A stretch of DNA of 64,000 bases from assembly GCF_030028105.1 (NCBI RefSeq), contig NC_092384.1:22079629-22143628 (forward strand). Direction: 5' to 3'. Below are positions 35,201-47,200 of the stretch, piece by piece. Both the position numbers and the translations under genes were made by a program. The notes beneath the pieces are model-generated. The model had not been told where the DNA came from and made no database searches. It worked only from the letters and a program-made list of their open reading frames with translations. Origin of the DNA: Mobula birostris (taxonomy: Eukaryota). Position 1 is the stretch's first letter; every line of letters begins with the position of its first letter.

Positions 35201-38200
35201 CTCTTTACTCCAGTCCTCTCATAAAGAATGCTAACATCGCATTTGGCTTCCTTACAACCCACTCAGCCTGTAAATTAACCTTAATTTTTGAATTTTCTCC
35301 CCGTTTATCATTTCCCACTGTAACTCAGCAGTGCAGTCTGAGACAGGCCTTTCCTGTCAGTACACCTCGGCTCAGGTTTATGGTTAGCTGTGAGAAAGTG
35401 AACATGTAAGTTGGCTGCCACCTTTCTCTCTTTCGGAGACTCTCAGCTCTCGGGAAACCCCAGTGTTCAGCAACAATGACGTCTGCAAGCAGGCGGACCA
35501 ATCAAGGTCAAAGAAACATTCGCCTTGGTAGTTAGTCAGACCAAATACTCAACTAACTAATTAAACATTTTGCAGAGAGTGAGCTAAAAATTGGAACAGG
35601 CGCATGAGATTACAGTACAAAGTGTAATATACATTTTAAAATAAAATAAAAACACATGTTTGTTAATTTAAAGTCCATTACTCTGAGATAACAATGTACA
35701 TTTAATAATAAACTAGTTTTAAGGATCAAGAATTTGTTATGAAATAGTTATTGAGTGGCACCACAATAAACATTCAATTGCACTTCATGCAGAACTTTGT
35801 TTTAATCGGCAAATTCCTGAAATAACTGACATCTAAAAGCATCATTCCTGCAAAGGGAAAAGGATGAGGGAAAGAGAGCTTTTGGCCCATCAATTCTATG
35901 CTGGTTCAAAGTTAAAGATTTTTTTATTATCAAAGTAGGTATACGTTACCATATAGAGTACTATCTTGAAATTCATTTTCTTGCAGGTATTTTGCCGGAA
36001 AAAGAAAATACAACAGACTTTTACAAAAAAACTATACATAAACAGAAAAGACAACAAGGTAGAAAAGAAGGCCAACGGCAAAAAAAGTTATACAGAGAAT
36101 GTCAGTTGTAAAGGGGCTGGAGGACTGTGTGTGTGTGTGTGTGTGTGTGGGAGAATGGAGCTTGTTTTGCTGTTGTTTTGTTGCTTGTGTTAGATGTTGT
36201 TCTGCCGAGCATTGTGGGTAATCTAGGTTGCCAACAGAATGTGTGGCGTGACGTCTGTGCTGTCCCGGCACAATGTTCGGGTGGGTTTGCTGTTAATGCA
36301 AGCATTGCATTTCACTGTATGTATCCATGTACACGCCATAACTAAATCTGATATCCTGAGTTCTTCAAAGTTAGCCTGCGGGTGGTAGAATCTGTTCAGA
36401 GTTGTAGTGACTGAAGTTTTCAACATTGCTTCAGGAGCCTGATGGTTGTGGGGTGATACCTGTTTCTGAACCTGGTGGGTGGGACCCAAGGTGTGGTGCC
36501 CCCTGCCCGATGATAGGGAGAAGAGACCATGGACTGGATGGTGAGGCCTTTGATGATGGATGCTACTTTCTTGTGACTGCACTCCAAGTAAACATAATCA
36601 GTTCTCCGGCTCGTGGAACAACCCCACTGATCCCATTCCCTGAATTTACCTTTCTGAGACTCACTCTCCCTCTCATGTATCCATCTACACCAGGAGTAAC
36701 TTACTCCATGTTTAGGACATTGTAGGAAAGTGGAGCACCCTGGGGCAACCCATATGGGTATGACTCCACAGATAGCCCCAAAGTCAGGACTGGGCCTACA
36801 TCACTGAAGTTATGAGCTATCAGCACTACCTGCTGAAACATCCATGTGCTCTCCAGGGGCATCAGATTTCTGCTATTTTAGTTTGGAGGAACAACACCTT
36901 ATATTCCATCTGGGTAGCCCCCAGCTTGATGGCATGAACATTGATTTTTCAAACTTCTGGTAATGCCCCACCTTTACCATTCCCATCCCCTTTTCCCACT
37001 CTCATCTTATCTCCTTACCTGCCCATCGCCTCCCTCTGGCCCTCCTCCCACCTTTTCTTTCTTCCATGGCCTTCTGTCCTCTTCCATCAGACCTCCCCTT
37101 CTCCAGCCCTGTACCTCTTTCACCAATCAACTTCCCAGCTCTTTACTTCATTCCCCTGCCTCCCGGTTTCACCTGTCACCTTGTGCTTCTCTCTCCTCCC
37201 CCCACCTTTTAAATCTACTCCTCATCTTCCTTTTTTCTCCAGTCCTGCTGAAAGGTCTTGGCCTGAAACGTCGACTATGCTCTTTTCCATAGACGCTGCC
37301 TGGCCTGCAGAGTTGCTCCAGCATTTTGTGTGTGTGTTGCTCTGCTGGTTTAGCTGTGACCTTATAGCTTTGCAAGTGCCATCCACTACAAGCTCTGCCT
37401 CAATATCAAATTGGATACAAAAAGATAAGAGAGATGAATATGAAAGAAATAAATGCCAGACGGAGAGAGGTAATGGAGATGGAAAAAAATTGTCAAAAGA
37501 CACTTAGTGTGAAACTATGAAATGGCAAATTTTAAGTGCCAGTTTGATTGCTTGCTGGTAGTTATGACTTAGGAATTGTTAACGACAGTATTTGTTGAAG
37601 ATCTGACGATGATTAATTGCGTCAGTATGACATCTCCCTGTGTATCATTATAGCGATAACCACAAGCTGTTGGATGAAGCAAGGAAGCTGCACAATGCAC
37701 AGTTTGAGTATGTTCTCCGATTGTACGGAATTACAGAAACTTGTTCGGAGCATGGAACCAAATTGTTGGGACTGGTGACCGAATTCATGGAGAATGGATC
37801 TTTGGAAAACCTTCTTCACCACTATGAAGTCCCTTTGCCGCTTCGCCTGCGCTCTGTGTACGAGATTGCTTTGGGAATGAACTTCCTACATAACCTGAAC
37901 CCAGCCCTTTATCATCTTGACTTAAAGCCTGCTAACGTTCTACTGAATAAGGACTATCATATTAAGGTATAAGCTATTCTGAAAACCATTAATGTTATCA
38001 GAATCTTATCATCAGAGTGGTGTGGTGATGTCATCTCAAGTGTCAGGGGAGGTGTTGGCTCGGGAGAAGCAAACACTGCTTGCAAAGTGTCGAGTTCCCT
38101 CCAGAACCAGCACCAACAAGATAAATGGCTGGAATTCAAAACCACACAATTAGCACCTGTGAGACATTTTGGATGTGTAACCTCCCTCACAATCGACAGC

Positions 38201-41200
38201 AGAAACCAAGTGTAGAGAGAAAGGTACATACCAGATGTTGGGGAGAATGGGGTACATTTTGGTAACTTCACTGTACTATGTAACCCCAACAATCCGTAAA
38301 TTAATATGGACAGATTCCAGAAATAAACCTCAAACCCTGATCCCCTAACACCCTGATCCCCTAACACCCTGATCCCTAACACCCTGATACCTAACAACCT
38401 GAACCCCTAACACTCTGAACCCCAACACTCCGATCCCCTAACACCCTGATCCCCTAACACCCTGTTACCTAACAACCTGAACCCCTAACACTCTGATCCC
38501 CTAACACCCTGATCCCCTAACACCCTGATCCCCTAACACCCTGTTACCTAACAACCTGAACCCCTAACACTCTGAACCTCTAACACCCTGATCCCCTAAC
38601 ACCCTGATCCCCTAACACCCTGATCCCCTAACACCCTGATACCTAACAACCTGAACCCCTAACACTCTGAACCCCTAACACTCTGATCCACTAACACCCA
38701 GATCCCCAAACACCCTGATCCCCTAACACCCTGAACCCCTAACACTCTGACCCACTAACACCCTGATCCCTAACACCCTGATACCTAACACCGTGATCCC
38801 CTAACACCGTGATCCCCTAACACCGTGATCCCCTAACACCCTGATCACTAACACCCTGATCTCTAACACCCTGATCCTCTAACAACCTGAACCCCTATCA
38901 CCCTGATACCTAACAACCTGAACCCCTAACACTCTGAACCCCTAACACTCTGATCCACTAACACCCAGATCCCCAAACACCCTGATCCCCTAACACCCTG
39001 AACCCCTAACACTCTGACCCACTAACACCCTGATCCCTAACACCCTGATACCTAACACCCTGATCCCCTAACACCGTGATCCCCTAACACCGTGATCCCC
39101 TAACACCCTGATCACTAACACCCTGATCTCTAACACCCTGATCCTCTAACAACCTGAACCCCTATCACCCTGATACCTAACAACCTGAACCCCTAACACC
39201 CTGATTCCCTAACACCCTGATTCCCTAACACCCTGATACCTAACAAACCTGAACCCCTAACACCCTGGTCCCCTAACACCCTGATACCTAATATCCTGAT
39301 CTCTAACACCCTGAGCCCTAAAACCCTGGTCCCCTAACACCCTGATCCCTAACACCCTGATCCCCTAACATCCTGATCCCCTAACATCCTGAGCCCCTAA
39401 CACCCTGATCACTAACACCCTGATCCCGAACACCCTGATCCCCTAACACCCTGATCACTAACACCCTGATCCCCTAACACCCTGATCCCTTAAAACCCGA
39501 TCCCTAACACCCTGATCCCCTAACACCCTGATCCCCTAACACCCTGATCCCCTAACACCCTGATCCCTAACACCCTGATCCCCAACACTCTGATCCCTAA
39601 CACCCTAATCCATTCACCCTGATCCATTCACCATGATCCCCTCACACTGATCCCCTCACATGATCCCCTAACATCCTGAACCCTAACACCCTGATCCCTA
39701 CACCCTGATACCTAACACCCTGATCACCAACACCCTGATCCTGAACCCTGATCCCCTAACACCCTGATCCCCTAACTCCCTGATCCCTAACACCCTGATC
39801 TCCTAACACCCTGATCTCCTAACACCCTGATCCCCTAACTCCCTGGTCCCCTAACACCCTGATCGCTAACATCCTGATCAGTAACACCCTGATCCCCTAA
39901 CACCCTGATCCCCTAACACCCTGATCACTAACACCCTGATCTCCTAACACCCTGATCTCCTAACACCCTGATCTCCTAACACTCTGATCCCCTAACACTC
40001 TGATCCCCTAACACTCTGATCGCTAACACCCTGATACCTAACACCCTGGTCCCCTAACAACCTGATCCCTAACACCCTGATCCCCTCACCCTGATCCCCT
40101 CACCCTGATCCCCTAACACCCTGATCCCCTAACACCCTGATCCCCTAACACCCTGATCCCCTAACTCCCTGATCCCTAACACCCTGATCACTAACACCCT
40201 GATCACTAACACCCTGATCTCCTAACACCCTGATCCCCTAACTCCCTGATCCCCTAACACCCTGATCACTAACACCCTGATACCTAACACCCTGGTCCCC
40301 TAACACAGTGATACCTAATACCCTGATCCCTAACACCCTGATCCCCTAACACCCTGATCCCCTAACACCCTGATCACTAACACCCTGATCACTAGCACCC
40401 TGATCTCCTAACACCCTGATCTCCTAACACCCTGATCCCCTAACACCCTGATCCCCTAACACTCTGATCCCCTAACACTCTAATCCCTAACACCCTGATC
40501 ACTAACACCCTGATCACTAACACCCTGATACCTAACACCCTGGTCCCCTAACAACCTGATACCTAATACCCTGATCCCCTAACGCTCTGATCCCTAACAC
40601 CCTGATCCCCTCACCCTGATCCCCTAACACCCTGATCCCCTACTCCCTGATCCCTAACACCCTGATCACAAACACCCTGATCCCCTAACACCCTGATCCC
40701 TAATACCCTGATCCCTAACACCCTGAGCCCAAACACCCTGGTCCCCTAATACCCTGATCCCCTCACACCCTCTTCGCTAACATCCTGATCAGTAACACCC
40801 TGATCCCCTAACACCCTGATCCCCTAACACCCTGATCACTAACACCCTGATCCCTAACACTCTGATCCCTAACACCCTGACCTCTAAATCCCTGATCCCC
40901 TAACACCCTGATCCCTAACACCCTGATCCCTAACATTCTGATCAGTAACACCCTGATCCCCTAACACCCTCATCACTAACACCCTGATCCCTAACACCCT
41001 GATACCTGACACCCTGATCCCTAACACCCTTATCCCTAAATCCCTGATCCCCTAACCACCTGATCCCCTAACACCCTGAGCCCTAACACCCTGATCTCTA
41101 ACACCCTGATCTTCTAACACCCTGATCCCCTAACACCCGATCCCTAATACCCTGATCACTAACACCCTGATCACTAACACCCTGAGCCCTAACACCCTGA

Positions 41201-44200
41201 TCTTCTAACACCCCGATCCCTAACACCCGATCCCTAACACCCTGATCACTAACACCCTGATCACTAACACCCTGATCCCTAACACCCTGATCCCCTAACA
41301 ACCTGAACCCCTAACACTCTGAACCTCTAACACCCTGATCCCTAACAGTCTGGTCCCCTAACACCCTGGTCCCCTAACACCCTGATCCCTAACATCCTGA
41401 TCAGTAACACCCTGATCCCCTAACACCCTGATCACTAACACCCTGATACCTAGCAACCTGATCCCAAACACCCTGACCACTAACACCCTGATCCCTAACA
41501 CCCTGATCCCTAACATCCTCATCCCCTAACAACCTGAACCCCTAACACCCTGATCCGCTAACACCCTGATCCGCTAACACCCTGATTCCTAACACTCTGA
41601 CCCCTAACACCCTGATCCCTAACACCCTGATCCCTAACACTCTGATCCCTAACACCCTGATCACTAACACCCTGGTCCCATAACATTTTGGTCCCCTAAC
41701 ACCCTGGTCCCCTAACACCCTGATCCCTAACACTCTGATCTCTAACACCCTGATCCCTAACACCCTGATCCCCAAAACCCTGATCCCCTAACTCCCTGAT
41801 ACCTAACACCCTTATCCCTAACACCCTTATCCCTAAAACCCTGATCCCCTAAAACCCTGATCCCCTAAAACCCTGATCCCCTAAAACCCTGATCCCTAAC
41901 ACCCTAATCCCTAACACCCTGATCCCTAACACCCTGATCCCTAACACCCTGATCCATTCACCCTGATCCATTCACCCTGATCCCGTCACACTGATCCCCT
42001 CACATGATCCCCTAACATCCTGAACCCTAACATGCTGATCCCTAACACCCTGATACCTAACACCCTGATCCCTAACACCCTGATCCCTAAAACTCTGATC
42101 CCCTAACACCCTGATACCTAACACCCTTATCCCTAACACCCTGATCCCTAAAACCCTGATCCCCTAAAACCCTGATCCCCTAACACCCTGATCCCCTAAC
42201 ACCCTGATCCCCTAACACCCTGATCCCTAACACCCTGATCACTAACACCCTGATCCCTAACACCCTGATCCATTCATCCTGATCCCCTCACACTGATCCC
42301 CTCACACTGATCCCCTCACATGATCCCTTAACACCCTGATCCCTAACATCCTGATCCCCTAACACTCTGATCCCTAACATCCTGATCAGTAACACCCTGA
42401 TCCCCTAACACTCTGATCCCCTAACACCCTGATCACTAACACCCTGATCCCCTAACACCCTGATCCCCTAACACCCTGATCCCCTAACACCCTGATCCCC
42501 TAACACTCTGATCCCTAACACCCTGATAACTAACACCCTGATACCTAACACCCTGGTCTCCTAACACCCTGATACCTAATATCCAGATCTCTAACACCCT
42601 GAGTCCTAAAACCCTGGTCCCCTAAAACCCTGGTCCCCTAACACCCTGATCCCCTAACACCCTGATCCCTTAACACCCTGATCCCTAACACCCTGATCCC
42701 CTAACACTCTGATCCCTAACACTCTGATCCCTAACACCCTGATCACTAACACCCTGGTCCCATAACATTTTGGTCCCCTAAGACCCTGGTCCCCTAACAC
42801 CCTGATCCGTAACATCCTGATCAGTAACACCTTGATCACTAACACCCTGATCCCTAACACCCTGCCTGATCCACTAACAACCTGAACCCCTAACACTCTG
42901 ATCCCTAACACCCTGATCCCTAACACCCTGATCCCTAACACCCTGATCCCTAACACCCTGATCTCCTAACACTCTGATCCCTAACACCCTGAACCCCTCA
43001 CACCCTGACCCCTAATGCCCTGAACAGCACACTCTGAGCCCCACACCCTGCAGGCCTAACACCGATGTGTAATCTTAAACTGAATTCTTAGTTGCCTGGT
43101 ATTGCTGATTTCTAAACTTCAAACTCTAGAAATGAACCAATAAAACTGACTCCCATCCCAAGCCCCTGCCCTACTTGCTAACCCTAAACCTGGAGCTGCC
43201 TGACCTGCTGAATATTTCCTGCACTTTCAGTGTTTATTCCTGATTTCCAGTATTGGTAGCTTTACATTTTCTTAAACAGGAACCTACAGCTGATCACAGG
43301 TACATAACTGACACAGCTGATCACAGGTACATAACTGACACAGCTGATCACAGGTACGTAACTGACACAGCTGATCATAGGTACGTAACTGACACAGCTG
43401 ATCACAGGTACGTAACTGGCACAAATGATCACAGGTACGTAACTGACACAGCTGATCACAGGTACGTAACTGACACAGCTGATCACAGGTACATAACTGA
43501 CACAAATGATCACAGGTACATAACTGACACAGATGCTTGAACCTGGAGCAACTAACAATTTGCTGGCGGGACTCAGTGAGTTAGGCAGCATCTGTGGACG
43601 GAAAGGAATTGGTTGATGCTTCAGCTCCTGATTCAGAATTTTGATACGAAACATCAACAATTCCTTAACACTAGAAAGTTGCAGATGCTAGAAATCCAAA
43701 GCAACACACACAGACTGCTGGAGGAACTCAGCAAGTCAGATGGCATCTATGCAAATGAATAAATAGCCGATGTTTTGAGCCAAGATGCTTCTTCAAGACT
43801 GAAAAGGAAGGGGGAAGATGCCAGAATAAAAAGGTGGAGGTGGCGAGGGGAAGGAGGCTAGCTGAAAGGTGATAGGTGAAGCCATGTGGGTGGGAAAGGT
43901 CAAGGGCTGGAGAGGAAGGAATCTGATAGGAGAGGAAAGTGGAAAGTAGAAAGAGAAGAAGGAGTGGGCCCAGGGGGAGGTAATAGGCAGGTGAGAAGAG
44001 GTGCAAGGTCAGAGTGGAGAATAGAAGAAGGTTGGGGGGGGAATACCATTCCCCCCACAGATGCTGCTCGACCTGCTGTGTTCCTCCATCTGTGCCGTGG
44101 CTACAGTTACATAAACTTGCTCAATCTCTTCTGAATTTTTTTTTCATCAAGTTAGGCGTCTGGTGGCCTGTACAACAAGAAACAGGCCCACTCTTGACTT

Positions 44201-47200
44201 TGCTTTTCAAATCTTCTGTCTTTTATCCCCTTTTCTTCCCCAGGTTTGTGATTTTGGTCTGGCAAATTGGTGGGAGCTGACAAGTCAGAATAGCGGTGAC
44301 TCCAGCAAAATTCACGGCACCCTGAGTTACATGCCACCTGAATGCTTCAATGACATCAATACCAGGAGAGGCAGAAAGTTTGATGTGTACAGGTGAGTGA
44401 GTAAATGGCAAAAATGATGGTTTTGATGTTCGTTTTCAGCGTATCTCCAGAACTCCCTTTGGCTCATAATCCAGGTTAATTTAAATGACTTAGAAATGCA
44501 AATAGAAAATCTTCCTAGTCAACACTCCATCTTCTCCAGACCCAACCGATTCACTTTCCAAACTGTTCTCAAACCCCATCCGTAAAACTGTGAGCTGGAG
44601 CATTGGGATTAGTCGCATTGCTTATGTTTTATTTCATGGTAACAGGGCCTTCGGGCCCAGCGAACCTGTGCTGCCCAATTACACCCACGTTAACCAACCT
44701 ACCCGCACGTCTTTGGAGGAAACCGGAGCACCCGGAGGAAACCCAGGCAGTCACAGGAGAACATAAAACCTGTTATGGACAGCAACAGGAATTGGACATG
44801 GGTTGCTGAGACTACAATAACATGATGGTGACTGCTACTCTACTGCGCCGTCCGACATTACAGGGAGCATCAGCAATATACCACACTAGAGTGTGGTCAG
44901 TGGGGCACTGCTACCCAATTGTGACCCGTTCTCGGTGGCTTGAAAGGCCAAAGCTAATTTCATAAATTGATGCCACAAGCAGAGAATCGAGGCTCAATTC
45001 AGAGGGGTCTGGAGTGGGCTGCTTGCCTCATTCTGATCTCACCACTGTCAGGACGGTTGTTAGAGGGGATGAAGGAAAATATCTTCAGACCCTCAATAAA
45101 ATGGCTAGCTTTTTGAGTGGCTAATGAGAGCTAACACTGCAGGTAGTAAATTAACTCAGACAATATAATCTGCAGGGTTGTTTGTTTTTGGGAAGGGCTT
45201 AACCTTCATTCAGAATTTATAAGTTTATTACTGTCATGGTTCCTTGTTCTCAAAATTGAAGACACCAATTAATAGAAACATAGAAAGCCTACAGCACAAT
45301 ACAGGCCCTTCAGCCCACAAAGCTCTGCCGAACATGTACTTACTTTAGAAATTACCTAGGGCTACCTGTAGCCCTCTATTTTTCTAAGCTACCAATCCAG
45401 GAGCTCTTAAAAGACTCTATTGTATCCGCCCCCACCACTGTTGCCAGCAGCCCATTCCATGCACTCACCACTTTCTGCATAAAAAACTCACCTCTGTGAT
45501 TCCCTGTGTACCTACATCCAAGCACCTTAAATCTGTGCCCTCTCGTGCTAGCTATTTCAGCCCTGAGAAAAAGCCTCTGACTATCCACACGATCAATGCC
45601 TCTCATCATCTTATACACCTCTATCTGGTCACCTCTCATCCTCCATTCCTCCAAGGAGAAAAGGCCAAGTTCACTCAACCTATTCTCGTAAGGCATGCTC
45701 CTTAATCCAGGCAAATCTCCTCTGCACCCTTTCTATAGTTTCCACATCCTTCCTATAGCGAGGCAACCAGAATTGAGCACGGTACTCCAAGTGGGGTCTG
45801 AGCAGGTTCCTATGTAGCTGTAACATTACCTCTCGGCTCCTAAACTCAATCCTACGGTTGATGAATGCTAATACACCATATGCCCTCTTAACCACAGAGT
45901 CAACTTGCACAGCAGCTTTGAGTGTCCTATGGACACGGACCCCAAGATCCCTCTGATCCTCCACAATGCCAAGAGTCTTACCATTAATATGATATCCTGC
46001 TATCATATTTGACCTACCAAAATAAACCACCTCACACTTACCTGGGTTGAACACCATCTGCCACTTCTCAACCCAGTTTTGCATCCTATCAATGTCCTGC
46101 TGACAGCCCTCCACACAATCCACAACACCCCCAACCTTTGTGTTGTCAGCAAATTTACTAACCCATCCTCCAATTCCTCATCCAGGTCATTTATAAAAAT
46201 CACGAAGAGAAGGGTCCCAGAACAAATCCCTGAGGCACACCACTGGTGACCAACCTCCATGCAGAATATGATTTATCTACAACCACTCTTTGCCTTCTGT
46301 GGAGAAGCCAGTTCTGGATCCACAAAGCAATGTCCCCTTGGATCCCATGCCTCCTTACTTTCTCAATAAGTCTTGTATAGGGTACCTTACCAAATGCCTT
46401 GCTGAAATCCATACACATTACATCTACTGCTCTGTCTTCATCAATGTGTTTAGTCACATCCTCAAAAAATTCAATCAGACTCATAAGGCATGGCCTGCCT
46501 TTCACAAAGCCATGCTGACTATTCCTAATCATATTATGCCTCTCCAAATGTTCATTAATCCTGCCTCTCAGGATCTTCTCCATCAACTTACCAACCACTG
46601 AAGTAAGACTCACTGGTCTATAATTTCTTGGGCTATCTCTACTCCCTTTCTTGAATAAGAGAACAACATCCGCAACCCTCCAATCCTCTGGAACCTCTCC
46701 CATCCTCATTGATGATGCAAAGATCATCGCCAGATGCTCTGCAATCTCCTCACTCGCCTCCCACAGTAGCCTGGGGTATATCTCGTCCGGTCCCGGTGAC
46801 TTATCCAACTTGATGCTTTCCAAAAGCTGCAGCAAGACCTCTTTCTTAATGTCTATATGCTCAAGCTTTCCAGTCTGCTGTAAGTCATCCCTACAATCAC
46901 CAAGGTCCTTTTCCGTAGTGAATACTGAAGCAAATTATTCATTAAGACCTCTGCTATCTCCTCCAGTTCCATACATACCTGTCTACTGTCACACTTGATT
47001 GGTCCTATTCTCTCACGTCTTATTCTCTTGCTCTTCACATACTTGTAGAATGCCTTGGGGTTTCCCTTAATCCTGCTCACCAAGGCTATCTCATGGTCCC
47101 TTCTGGCTCTCCTAATTTCATTCTTAAACTCCTTCCTGCTATGCTTATAATTTTCTCGATCTCTATCATTACCTAGTTTTTTGAAACTTTCGTAAGGTTT

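Noticed and set aside
38330-43020. CRISPR-like or protein-coding repeat (LGIRV ORFs)
   Set aside because: Tandem units with no unique spacers in a vertebrate intron; the ORFs are artefacts of periodicity.
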